Translations under genes and position numbers: made by a program
Shown: positions 1 through 16,370 of the stretch, piece by piece
How positions within the stretch are numbered: the first letter of the stretch is position 1
How the letters are laid out: each line of letters begins with the position of its first letter
NCBI GenBank assembly: GCA_964016885.1
Contig: OZ024748.1
Span: 40,424,001 to 40,488,000, forward strand
Direction: 5' to 3'
Length of the DNA stretch: 64,000 nucleotides
Source: Eledone cirrhosa
Lineage: Eukaryota
Notes under the pieces: model-generated
Database searches by the model: none
Told to the model about the DNA's origin: nothing
Seen by the model: the letters and a program-made list of their open reading frames with translations, nothing else

Positions 1-3000
1 CATATACATCTTGTATAGACCATACATATAGATCTTGTATAGACCATACATATAGATCTTGTATATAAACCATACATATAGATCTTGTATAGACTATACA
101 TATAGATCTTGTATATAGACCATACATATAGATCTTGTATAGACCATACATATAGATCTTGTATAGACCATACATATAGATCTTGTATAGACCATACATA
201 TAGATCTTGTATAGACCATACATATAGATCTTGTATATAGACCATACATATAGATCTTGTATAGACAATACCTATAGATCTTGTATATAGACCATACATA
301 TAGATCTTGTATAGACCATACATATAGATCTTGTATATAGACCATACATATAGATCTTGTATAGACCATACATATAGATCTTGTATAGACCATACATATA
401 GATCTTGTATATAGTCCATACATATAGATCTTGTATAGACCATACATATAGATCTTGTATAGACCATACATATAGATCTTGTATAGACCACACATATAGA
501 TGTTGTATATAAACCATACATATAGATCTTGTATAGACCATACATATAGATCTTGTATAGACCACACATATAGATATTGTATAGACCATACATATAGATC
601 TTGTATATAGACCATACATATAGATCTTGTATAGACCACACATATAGATATTGTATAGACCATACATATAGATCTTGTATAGACCACACATATAGATATT
701 GTATAGACCACACATATAGATCTTGTATAGACCATACATATAGATCTTGTATAGACCATACATATAAATATTGTATATAGACCATACATATAGATCTTGT
801 ATAGACCATAGATATAGATCTTGTATATAGACCATACATATAGATATTGTATAGACCATACATATAGATATTGTGTATAGACCATACATATAAATCTTGT
901 GTATAGACTATACATATAGATCTTGTGTATAGATAATACATATAGATCTTGTATAGACCACACATATAGATCTTGTGTATAGACCATACATATAGATCTT
1001 GTGTATAGACCACACATATAGATCTTGTGTATAGACCACACATATAGATCTTGTATATAGACCATACATATAGATCTTGTATAGACCATACATATAGATC
1101 TTGTGTATAGACCATACATATAGATCTTGTATAGACCATACATATAGATCTTGTATAGACCATACATATAGATCTTGTATAGACCACACATATAGATCTT
1201 GTATATAGACCACACATATAGATCTTGTATAGACCATACATATAGATCTTGTGTATAGACCATACATATAGATCTTGTATATAGACAACACATATAGATC
1301 TTGTGTATAGACCATACATATAGATCTTGTATAGACCATACATATAGATCTTGTATAAACCATACATATAGATCTTGTATAGACCATACATATAGATCTT
1401 GTATAGACCACACATATAGATATTGTATAGACCACACATATAGATCTTGTGTATAGACCACACATATAGATCTTGTGTATAGACCATACATATAGATCTT
1501 GTATATAGACCATAGATATAGATCTTGTATAGACCATACATATAGATATTGTATAGACCATACATATAGATCTTGTATATAGACCATACATATAGATCTT
1601 GTATAGAGCACACATATAGATATTGTGTAGACCACACATATAGATATTGTATAGACCATACATATAGATCTTGTATATAGACCACACATATAGATATTGT
1701 ATAGACCATACATATAGATCTTGTATAGACCATACATATAGATCTTGTATATAGACCACACATATAGATCTTGTATAGACCATACATATAGATCTTGTAT
1801 AGACCATACATATAGATCTTGTATAGACAATACAAATAGATCTTATATAGACCACACATATAGATCTTGTATTTAGACCACACATATAGATCTTGTATAG
1901 ACCATACATATAGATCTTTTATAGACCATACATATAGATCTTGTGTATAGACCATACATATAGATCTTGTGTATAGACCACACATATAGATCTTGTATAG
2001 ACCATACATATAGATCTTGTTTATAGACCACACATATAGATCTTGTGTATAGACCATACATATAGATATTGTGTAGACCACACATATAGATCTTGTATAT
2101 AGACCACACATATAGATCTTGTATAGACCATACATATAGATCTTGTATAGACCATACATATAGATGTTGTGTATAGACCACACATATAGATCTTGTATAT
2201 AGACCATACATATAGATCTTGTATATAGACCACACATATAGATCTTGTGTAGACCATACATATAGATCTTGTAAATAGACCATACATATAGATCTTGTGT
2301 ATAGACCATACATATAGATCTTGTATAGACCATACATATAGATCTTGTATAGACCACACATATAGATCTTGTATAGACCACACATATAGATATTGTATAT
2401 AGACCATACATATAGATCTTGTATAGACCATACATATAGATCTTGTATAGACCATACATATAGATCTTGTATAGACCATACATATAGATATTGTATATAG
2501 ACCATACATATAGATCTTGTATAGACCATAGATATAGATCTTGTATATAGACCATACATATAGATATTGTATAGACCATACATATAGATATTGTGTATAG
2601 ACCATACATATAGATCTTGTGTATAGACCATACATATAGATCTTGTGTATAGATAATACATATAGATCTTGTATAGACCACACATATAGATCTTGTTTAT
2701 AGACCATACATATAGATCTTGTGTATAGACCACACATATAGATCTTGTGTATAGACTACACATATAGATCTTGTATATAGACCATACATATAGATCTTGT
2801 ATAGACCATACATATAGATCTTGTGTATAGACCATACATATAGATCTTGTATAGACCATACATATAGATCTTGTATAGACCATACATATAAATCTTGTAT
2901 AGACCACATATATAGATCTTGTATATAGACCACACATATAGATCTTGTATAGACCATACATATAGATCTTGTGTAGACCACACATATAGATCTTGTGTAT

Positions 3001-6000
3001 AGACCATACATATAGATCTTGTGTAGACCACACATATAGATATTGTATAGACCACACATATAGATATTGTATATAGACCACACATATAGATCTTGTATAG
3101 ACCATACATATAGATCTTGTATAGACCACACATATAGATCTTGTATAGACCATACATATAGATCTTGTATAGACCACACATATAGATCTTGTATAGACCA
3201 TACATATAGATCTTGTATATAGACCATACATATAGATCTTGTGTATAGACCATACATATAGACATTGTGTATAGACCATACATATAGATATTGTATATAG
3301 ACCACACATATAGATTTGTATAGACCACACATTTAGATATTGTGTAGACCACACATATAGATCTTGTATATAGACCACCCATATAGATATTGTGTAGACC
3401 ACACATATAGATCTTGTATATAGACCACACATATAGATCTTGTATATAGACCATACTTATAGATATTGTATAGACCATACATATAGATCTTGTATATAGA
3501 CCATACATATAGATATTGTTTATAGATCATACATATAGATCTTGTATAGACCACACATATAGATCTTGTATAGACCATACATATAGATCTTGTATATAGA
3601 CCACACATATAGATCTTGTATATAGACCATACATATAGATCTTGTGTAGACCACACATATAGATCTTGTATAGACAATACATATAGATCTTGTATATAGA
3701 CTACACATATAGATATTGTGTATAGACCATACATATAGATCTTGTATAGACCACACATATAGATCTTGTATAGACCACACATATAGATATTGTGTAGACC
3801 ATACATATAGATCTTGTGTATAGACCATACATATAGATCTTGTATATAGACCACACATATAGATCTTGTGTATAGACCATACTTATAGATCTTGTATAGA
3901 CCATACATATAGATCTTATATAAACCATACATATAGATCTTGTATAGACCATACATATAGATCTTGTATACACCACACATATAGATATTGTATAGACCAC
4001 ACATATAGATCTTGTGTATAGACCACACATATAGATCTTGTGTATAGACCATACATATAGATCTTGTATATAGACCATAGATATAGATCTTGTATAGACC
4101 ATACATATAGATATTGTATAGACCATACATATAGATCTTGTATATAGACCATACATATAGATCTTGTATAGAGCACACATATAGATATTGTGTAGACCAC
4201 ACATATAGATATTGTATAGACCATACATATAGATCTTGTATATAGACCACACATATAGATATTGTATAGACCATACATATAGATCTTGTATAGACCATAC
4301 ATATAGATCTTGTATATAGACCACACATATAGATCTTGTATAGACCATACATATAGATCTTGTATAGACCATACATATAGATCTTGTATAGACAATACAT
4401 ATAGATCTTATATAGACCACACATATAGATCTTGTATATAGACCACACATATAGATCTTGTATAGACCATACATATAGATCTTGTATAGACCATACATAT
4501 AGATCTTGTGTATAGACCATACATTTAGATCTTGTGTATAGAGAACACATATAGATCTTGTATAGACCATACATATAGATCTTGTATATAGACCACACAT
4601 ATAGATCTTGTGTACAGACCATATATATAGATCTTGTGTAGACCACACATATAGATCTTGTATAGACAATACATATAGATCTTGTATATAGACCACACAT
4701 ATAGTTCTTGTGTATAGACCATACATATAGATCTTGTATAGACCACACATATATATCTTGTATAGACCATACATATAGATCTTGTGTATAGGCCATACAT
4801 ATAGATCTTGTATAGACCAAACATATAGATCTTGTATATAGACCATACATATAGATCTTGTATAGACCACACATATAGATCTTGTATATAGACCATACAT
4901 ATAGATCTTGTATAGACCATACATATAGATCTTGTATGGACCACACATATAGATCTTGTATATAGACCATACATATAGATCTTGTATAGACCATACATAT
5001 AGATCTTGTGTATAGACCATACATATAGATTTGTATAGACCACACATATAGATCTAGTATATAGACCATACATATATATCTTGTATAGACCATACATATA
5101 GATATTGTATAGACCACACATATAGATCTTGTATATAGACCATACATATAGATCTTGTATAGACCATACATATAGATCTTGTATAGACCATACATATAGA
5201 TCTTGTATAGACCACACATATAGATCTTGTATAGACCATACATATAGATCTTGTGTATAGACCATACATATAGATCTTGTATAGACGTCACATATAGATC
5301 TTGTATATAGACCATACATATAGATCTTGTATAGACCATACATATAGATCTTGTGTATAGACCATACATATAGATCTTGTATAGACCATACATATAGATC
5401 TTGTATATAGACCATACATATAGATCTTGTATAGACCATACATATAGATCTTGTGTATAGACCATACATATAGAATTTGTGTATAGACCATACATATAGA
5501 TATTGTATATAGACCACAGATATAGATATTGTGTATTGACCATACATATACATCTTGTATAGACCATACATATAGATCTTGTATAGACCATACATATAGA
5601 TCTTGTATATAGACCATACATATAGATCTTGTATAGACTATACATATAGATCTTGTATATAGACCATACATATAGATCTTGTATAGACCATACATATAGA
5701 TCTTGTATAGACCATACATATAGATCTTGTATAGACCATACATATAGTTCTTGTATAGACCATACATATAGATCTTGTATATAGACCATACATATAGATC
5801 TTGTATAGACCATACCTATAGATCTTGTATAGACCATACATATAGATCTTGTATAGACCATACATATAGATCTTGTATAGACCATACATATAGATCTTGT
5901 ATAGACCACACATATAGATATTGTATAGACCATACATATAGATCTTGTATAGACCACACATATAGATATTGTATAGACCACACATATAGATCTTGTATAG

Positions 6001-9000
6001 ACCATACATATAGATCTTGTATAGACCATACATATAGATCTTGTATAGACCACACATATAGATATTGTATAGACCATACATATAGATCTTGTATATAGAC
6101 CATACATATAGATCTTGTATAGACCACACATATAGATATTGTATAGACCATACATATAGATCTTGTATAGACCACACATATAGATATTGTATAGACCACA
6201 CATATAGATCTTGTATAGACCATACATATAGATCTTGTATAGACCATACATATAGATATTGTATATAGACCATACATATAGATCTTGTATAGACCATACA
6301 TATAGATCTTGTATAGACCATACATATAGATCTTGTGTATAGACCACACATATAGATCTTGTATATAGACCATACATATAGAATTTGTGTATAGACCATA
6401 CATATAGATATTGTATATAGACCATACATATAGAATTTGTGTATAGACCATACATATAGATCTTGTGTATAGACCACACATATAGATCTTGTATAGACCA
6501 CACATATAGATATTGTATAGACCACACATATAGATCTTGTATAGACCACACATATAGATCTTGTATTTAGACCACACATATAGATCTTGTATATAGACCA
6601 CACATATAGATCTTGTATAGACCATACATATAGATCTTGTATAGACCATACATATAGATCTTGTGTATAGACCATACATATAGATCTTGTGTATAGACCA
6701 CACATATAGATCTTGTATATAGACCATACATATAGATCTTGTATATAGACCACACATATAGATCTTGTGTAGACCATACATATAGATCTTGTAAATAGAC
6801 CATACATATAGATCTTGTGTATAGACCATACATATAGATCTTGTATAGACCATACATATAGATCTTGTATAGACCACACATATAGATCTTGTATAGACCA
6901 CACATACAGATATTGTATATAGACCACACATATAGATCTTGTGTATAGACCATACATATACATCTTGTATAGACCATACATATAGATCTTGTATAGACCA
7001 TACATATAGATCTTGTATAGACCACACATATAGATCTTGTATAGACCATACATATAGATCTTGTGTATAGACCATACATATAGATCTTGTATAGACGTCA
7101 CATATAGATCTTGTATATAGACCATACATATAGATCTTGTATAGACCATACATATAGATCTTGTGTATAGACCATACATATAGATCTTGTATAGACCATA
7201 CATATAGATCTTGTATATAGACCATACATATAGATCTTGTATAGACCATACATATAGATCTTGTGTATAGACCATACATATAGAATTTGTGTATAGACCA
7301 TACATATAGATATTGTATATAGACCACAGATATAGATATTGCGTATTGACCATACATATACATCTTGTATAGACCATACATATAGATCTTGTATAGACCA
7401 TACATATAGATCTTGTATATAGACCATACATATAGATCTTGTATAGACTATACATATAGATCTTGTATATAGACCATACATATAGATCTTGTATAGACCA
7501 TACATATAGATCTTGTATAGACCATACATATAGATCTTGTATAGACCATACATATAGATCTTGTATAGACCATACACATAGATCTTGTATATAGACCATA
7601 CATATAGATCTTGTATAGACCATACCTATAGATCTTGTATATAGACCATACATATAGATCTTGTATAGACCATACATATAGATCTTGTATATAGACCATA
7701 CATATAGATCTTGTATAGACCATACATATAGATCTTGTATAGACCATACATATAGATCTTGTATATAGTCCATACATATAGATCTTGTATAGACCATACA
7801 TATAGATCTTGTATAGACCATACATATAGATCTTGTATAGACCACACATATAGATGTTGTATATATACCATACATATAGATCTTGTATAGACCATACATA
7901 TAGATCTTGTATAGACCACACATATAGATATTGTATAGACCATACATATAGATCTTGTATATAGACCATACATATAGATCTTGTATAGACCACACATATA
8001 GATATTGTATAGACCATACATATAGATCTTGTATAGACCACACATATAGATATTGTATAGACCACACATATAGATCTTGTATAGACCATACATATAGATC
8101 TTGTATAGACCATACATATAGATATTGTATATAGACCATACATATAGATCTTGTATAGACCATAGATATAGATCTTGTATATAGACCATACATATAGATA
8201 TTGTATAGACCATACATATAGATATTGTGTATAGACCATACATATAAATCTTGTGTATAGACTATACATATAGATCTTGTGTATAGATAATACATATAGA
8301 TCTTGTATAGACCACACATATAGATCTTGTGTATAGACCATACATATAGATCTTGTGTATAGACCACACATATAGATCTTGTGTATAGACCACACATATA
8401 GATCTTGTATATAGACCATACATATAGATCTTGTATAGACCATACATATAGATCTTGTGTATAGACCATACATATAGATCTTGTATAGACCATACATATA
8501 GATCTTGTATAGACCATACATATAGATCTTGTATAGACCACACATATAGATCTTGTATATAGACCACACATATAGATCTTGTATAGACCATACATATAGA
8601 TCTTGTGTATAGACCATACATATAGATCTTGTATATAGACCACACATATAGATCTTGTGTATAGACCATACATATAGATCTTGTATAGACCATACATATA
8701 GATCTTGTATAAACCATACATATAGATCTTGTATAGACCATACATATAGATCTTGTATAGACCACACATATAGATATTGTATAGACCACACATATAGATC
8801 TTGTGTATAGACCACACATATAGATCTTGTGTATAGACCATACATATAGATCTTGTATATAGACCATAGATATAGATCTTTTATAGACCATACATATAGA
8901 TATTGTATAGACCATACATATAGATCTTGTATATAGACCATACATATAGATCTTGTATAGAGCACACATATAGATATTGTGTAGACCACACATATAGATA

Positions 9001-11520
9001 TTGTATAGACCATACATATAGATCTTGTATATAGACCACACATATAGATATTGTATAGACCATACATATAGATCTTGTATAGACCATACATATAGATCTT
9101 GTATATAGACCACACATATAGATCTTGTATAGACCATACATATAGATCTTGTATAGACCATACATATAGATCTTGTATAGACAATACAAATAGATCTTAT
9201 ATAGACCACACATATAGATCTTGTATTTAGACCACACATATAGACCTTGTATAGACCATACATATAGATCTTGTATAGACCATACATATAGATCTTGTGT
9301 ATAGACCATACATATAGATCTTGTGTATAGACCACACATATAGATCTTGTATAGACCATACATATAGATCTTGTTTATAGACCACACATATAGATCTTGT
9401 GTATAGACCATACATATAGATATTGTGTAGACCACACATATAGATCTTGTATATAGACCACACATATAGATCTTGTATAGACCATACATATAGATCTTGT
9501 ATAGACCATACATATAGATCTTGTGTATAGACCACACATATAGATCTTGTATATAGACCATACATATAGATCTTGTATATAGACCACACATATAGATCTT
9601 GTGTAGACCATACTTATAGATCTTGTAAATAGACCATACATATCGATCTTGTGTATAGACCATACATATAGATCTTGTATAGACCATACATATAGATCTT
9701 GTATAGACCACACATATAGATCTTGTATAGACCACACATATAGATATTGTATATAGACCATACATATAGATCTTGTATAGACCATACATATAGATCTTGT
9801 ATAGAGCATACATATAGATCTTGTATAGACCATACATATAGATATTGTATATAGACCATACATATAGATCTTGTATAGACCATAGATATAGATCTTGTAT
9901 ATAGACCATACATATAGATATTGTATAGACCATACATATAGATATTGTGTATAGACCATACATATAGATCTTCTGTATAGACCATACATATAGATCTTGT
10001 GTATAGATAATACATATAGATCTTGTATAGACCACACATATAGATCTTGTGTATAGACCATACATATAGATCTTGTGTATAGACCACACATATAGATCTT
10101 GTGTATAGACTACACATATAGATCTTGTATATAGACCATACATATAGATCTTGTATAGACCATACATATAGATCTTGTGTATAGACCATACATATAGATC
10201 TTGTATAGACCATACATATAGATCTTGTATAGACCATACATATAGATCTTGTATAGACCACATATATAGATCTTGTATATAGACCACACATATAGATCTT
10301 GTATAACCATACATATAGATCTTGTGTAGACCACACATATAGATATTGTATAGACCACACATATAGATATTGTATATAGACCACACATATAGATCTTGTA
10401 TAGACCATACATATAGATCTTGTATAGACCACACATATAGATCTTGTATAGATCATACATATAGATCTTGTATAGACCACACATATAGATCTTGTATAGA
10501 CCATACATATAGATCTTGTATATAGACCATACATATAGATCTTGTGTATAGACCATACATATAGACATTGTGTATAGACCATACATATAGATATTGTATA
10601 TAGACCACACATATAGATTTGTATAGACCACACATTTAGATATTGTGTAGACCACACATATAGATCTTGTATATAGACCACACATATAGATATTGTGTAG
10701 ACCACACATATAGATCTTGTATATAGACCACACATATAGATCTTGTATATAGACCATACTTATAGATCTTGTATAGACCATACATATAGATCTTGTATAT
10801 AGACCATACATATAGATATTGTGTATAGATCATACATATAGATCTTGTATAGACCACACATATAGATCTTGTATAGACCATACATATAGATCTTGTATAT
10901 AGACCACACATATAAATCTTGTATATAGACCATACATATAGATCTTGTGTAGACCACACATATAGATCTTGTATAGACAATACATATAGATCTTGTATAT
11001 AGACCACACATATAGATCTTGTGTATAGACCATACATATAGATCTTGTATAGACCACACATATAGATCTTGTATAGACCACACATATAGATATTGTGTAG
11101 ACCATACATATAGATCTTGTGTATAGACCATACATATAGATCTTGTATATAGACCACACATATAGATCTTGTGTATAGACCATACTTATAGATCTTGTAT
11201 AGACCATACATATAGATCTTATATAAACCATACATATAGATCTTGTATAGACCATACATATAGATCTTGTATACACCACACATATAGATATTGTATAGAC
11301 CACACATATAGATCTTGTGTATAGACCACACATATAGATCTTGTGTATAGACCATACATATAGATCTTGTATATAGACCATAGATATAGATCTTGTATAG
11401 ACCATACATATAGATATTGTATAGACCATACATATAGATCTTGTATATAGACCATACATATAGATCTTGTATAGAGCACACACATAGATATTGTGTAGAC
11501 CACACATATAGATATTGTAT
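1..11520. repeat. Higher-order direct duplication, 1-~4200 copied at 7355-~11520 (offset 7354, later 7303)
   Basis: CATATACATC at position 1 recurs at 7355 with the same downstream variant order. ORF pairs 94..1830/7448..9184, 272..889/7626..8243 and 2021..2737/9375..10091 are all offset by 7354 with near-identical translations. Confidence 0.9.
5130..7640. repeat. Duplication of an ~0.7 kb block with 1810-bp offset
   Basis: The markers GACGTCA, GAATTTGT, CCACAGAT, TATTGACC and CATACCTA occur in the same order at ~5280-5820 and ~7090-7630. ORFs 5288..5767 and 7098..7577 are offset by 1810. Confidence 0.85.
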
Positions 11521-13600
11521 AGACCATACATATAGATCTTGTATAGACAATACATATAGATCTTGTGTATAGACCATACATATAGATCTTCTGTATAGAC
11601 CACACATATAGATCTTGTATAGACCATACATATAGATCTTGTATATAGACCACACATATAGATCTTGTGTATAGACCATACATATAGATCTTGTGTAGAC
11701 CACACATATAGATCTTGTATAGACAATACATATAGATCTTGTATATAGACCACACATATAGATCTTGTGTATAGACCATACATATAGATCTTGTATAGAC
11801 CACACATATAGATCTTGTATAGACCACACATATAGATATTGTGTAGACCATACATATAGATCTTGTGTATAGACCATACATATAGATCTTGTATATAGAC
11901 CACACATATAGATCTTGTGTATAGACCATACATATGGATCTTGTGTATAGACCATACATATAGATATTGTGTAGACCACACATATAGATCTTGTATATAG
12001 ACCACACATATAGATCTTGTATAGACCATACATATAGATCTTGTATAGACCATACATATAGATCTTGTGTATAGACCACACATATAGATTTTGTATATAG
12101 ACCATACATATAGATCTTGTGTAGACCATACATATAGATCTTGTGTATAGACCATACATATAGATCTTGTGTATAGACCATACATATAGATCTTGTATAG
12201 ACCATACATATAGATCTTGTATAGACCACACATATACATCTTGTATAGACCACACATATAGATATTGTATATAGACCATACATATAGATCTTGTATAGAC
12301 CATACATATAGATATTGTATAGACCATACATATAGATCTTGTATAGACCACACATATAGATCTTGTATATAGACCATATATATAGATCTTGTATAGACCA
12401 TACATATAGATCTTGTATAGACCACACATATAGATCTTGTATATAGACCATACATATAGATCTTGTATAGACCATACATATAGATCTTGTGTATAGACCA
12501 TACATATACATCTTGTATAGACCATACATATAGATCTTGTATAGACCACACATATAGATCTTGTATAGACCATACATATAGATCTTGTATATAGACCATA
12601 CATATAGATCTTGTGTATAGACCATACATATAGACATTGTGTATAGACCATACATATAGATATTGTATATAGACCACACATATAGATTTGTATAGACCAC
12701 ACATTTAGATATTGTGTAGACCACACATATAGATCTTGTATATAGACCACACATATAGATATTGTGTAGACCACACATATAGATCTTGTATATAGACCAC
12801 ACATATAGATCTTGTATATAGACCATACTTATAGATCTTGTATAGACCATACATATAGATCTTGTATATAGACCATACATATAGATATTGTGTATAGATC
12901 ATACATATAGATCTTGTATAGACCACACATATAGATCTTGTATAGACCATACATATAGATCTTGTATATAGACCACACATATAAATCTTGTATATAGACC
13001 ATACATATAGATCTTGTGTAGACCACACATATAGATCTTGTATAGACAATACATATAGATCTTGTATATAGACCACACATATAGATCTTGTGTATAGACC
13101 ATACATATAGATCTTGTATAGACCACACATATAGATCTTGTATAGACCACACATATAGATATTGTGTAGACCATACATATAGATCTTGTGTATAGACCAT
13201 ACATATAGATCTTGTATATAGACCACACATATAGATCTTGTGTATAGACCATACTTATAGATCTTGTATAGACCATACATATAGATCTTATATAAACCAT
13301 ACATATAGATCTTGTATAGACCATACATATAGATCTTGTATACACCACACATATAGATATTGTATAGACCACACATATAGATCTTGTGTATAGACCACAC
13401 ATATAGATCTTGTGTATAGACCATACATATAGATCTTGTATATAGACCATAGATATAGATCTTGTATAGACCATACATATAGATATTGTATAGACCATAC
13501 ATATAGATCTTGTATATAGACCATACATATAGATCTTGTATAGAGCACACACATAGATATTGTGTAGACCACACATATAGATATTGTATAGACCATACAT
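10480..13600. repeat. Higher-order duplication with 2069-bp offset (third copy of the 3.2-4.2 kb block)
   Basis: The GATTTGT...CACATTTAG marker lies at 10616 and 12685. The identical ORFs 10760..11161 and 12829..13230 are offset by 2069. GAGAACAC at 4541 and 13913 links the third copy back to the first (offset 9372). Confidence 0.85.
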
Positions 13601-16370
13601 ATAGATCTTGTATATAGACCACACATATAGATATTGTATAGACCATACATATAGATCTTGTATAGACCATACATATAGATCTTGTATATAGACCACACAT
13701 ATAGATCTTGTATAGAACATACATATAGATCTTGTATAGACCATACATATAGATCTTGTATAGACAATACATATAGATCTTATATAGACCACACATATAG
13801 ATCTTGTATATAGACCACACATATAGATCTTGTATAGACCATACATATAGATCTTGTATAGACCATACATATAGATCTTGTGTATAGACCATACATATAG
13901 ATCTTGTGTAAAGAGAACACATATAGATCTTGTATAGACCATACATATAGATCTTGTATATAGACCACACATATAGATCTTGTGTATAGACCATACATAT
14001 AGATCTTGTGTAGACCACACATATAGATCTTGTATAGACAATACATATAGATCTTGTATATAGACCACACATATAGATCTTGTGTATAGACCATACATAT
14101 AGATCTTGTATAGACCACACATATAGATCTTGTATAGACCACACATATAGATATTGTGTAGACCATCAATATAGATCTTGTGTATAGACCATACATATAG
14201 ATCTTGTATATAGACCACACATATTGATCTTGTGTATAGACCATACATATAGATCTTGTGTATAGACCATACATATAGATATTGTGTAGACCACACATAT
14301 AGATCTTGTATATAGACCATACATATAGATCTTGTGTATAGACCATACATATAGATATTGTGTAGACCACACATATAGATCTTGTATATAGACCATACAT
14401 ATAGATCTTGTGTATAGACCATACATATAGATCTTGTATAGACCATACATATAGATCTTGTATAGACCACACATATAGATCTTGTATAGACCACACATAG
14501 AGATATTGTATATAGACCATACATATAGATCTTGTATAGACCATACATATAGATCTTGTATAGACCATACATATAGATCTTGTATAGACCACACATATAG
14601 ATCTTGTATATAGACCATATATATAGATCTTGTATAGACCATACATATAGATCTTGTATAGACCACACATATAGATCTTGTATATAGACCATACATATAG
14701 ATCTTGTATAGACCATACATATAGATCTTGTCTATAGACCATACATATACATCTTGTATAGACCATACATATAGATCTTGTATAGACCATACATATAGAT
14801 CTTGTATAGACCACACATATAGATCTTGTATAGACCATACATATAGATCTTGTGTATAGACCATACATATAGATCTTGTGTATAGACCACACATATAGAT
14901 CTTGTGTATAGACCACACATATAGATCTTGTATATAGACCATACATATAGATCTTGTATAGACCATACATATAGATCTTGTGTATAGACCATACATATAG
15001 ATCTTGTATAGACCATACATATAGATCTTGTATAGAGCACACATATAGATATTGTGTAGACCACACATATAGATATTGTATAGACCATACATATAGATCT
15101 TGTATATAGACCACACATATAGATATTGTATAGACCATACATATAGATCTTGTATAGACCATACATATAGATCTTGTATATAGACCACACATATAGATCT
15201 TGTATAGACCATACATATAGATCTTGTATAGACCATACATATAGATCTTGTATAGACAATACATATAGATCTTATATAGACCACACATATAGATCTTGTA
15301 TATAGACCACACATATAGATCTTGTATAGACCATACATATAGATCTTGTATAGACCATACATATAGATCTTGTGTATAGACCATACATATAGATCTTCTG
15401 TATAGACCACACATATAGATCTTGTATAGACCATACATATAGATCTTGTATATAGACCACACATATAGATCTTGTGTATAGACCATACATATAGATCTTG
15501 TGTAGACCACACATATAGATCTTGTATAGACAATACATATAGATCTTGTATATAGACCACACATATAGATCTTGTGTATAGACCATACATATAGATCTTG
15601 TATAGACCACACATATAGATCTTGTATAGACCACACATATAGATATTGTGTAGACCATACATATAGATCTTGTGTATAGACCATACATATAGATCTTGTA
15701 TATAGACCACACATATAGATCTTGTGTATAGACCATACATATGGATCTTGTGTATAGACCATACATATAGATATTGTGTAGACCACACATATAGATCTTG
15801 TATATAGACCACACATATAGATCTTGTATAGACCATACATATAGATCTTGTATAGACCATACATATAGATCTTGTGTATAGACCACACATATAGATTTTG
15901 TATATAGACCATACATATAGATCTTGTGTAGACCATACATATAGATCTTGTGTATAGACCATACATATAGATCTTGTGTATAGACCATACATATAGATCT
16001 TGTATAGACCATACATATAGATCTTGTATAGACCACACATATACATCTTGTATAGACCACACATATAGATATTGTATATAGACCATACATATAGATCTTG
16101 TATAGACCATACATATAGATATTGTATAGACCATACATATAGATCTTGTATAGACCACACATATAGATCTTGTATATAGACCATATATATAGATCTTGTA
16201 TAGACCATACATATAGATCTTGTATAGACCACACATATAGATCTTGTATATAGACCATACATATAGATCTTGTATAGACCATACATATAGATCTTGTGTA
16301 TAGACCATACATATACATCTTGTATAGACCATACATATAGATCTTGTATAGACCACACATATAGATCTTG
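11560..16370. repeat. Duplication of an ~1 kb block with 3807-bp offset
   Basis: TCTTCTGT, ATGGATC (GGATC at 11936 and 15743) and GATTTTGT markers occur in the same order at ~11.6-12.5 kb and ~15.4-16.3 kb. Confidence 0.8.

Noticed and set aside
5775-6098. Short plus-strand ORFs of (IDHTYRSC)n, also at 40977, 43788 and 51538
   Set aside because: These only mark runs of consecutive 24-bp monomers in the single stop-free plus frame. The His/Cys periodicity is not evidence of a metal-binding protein.
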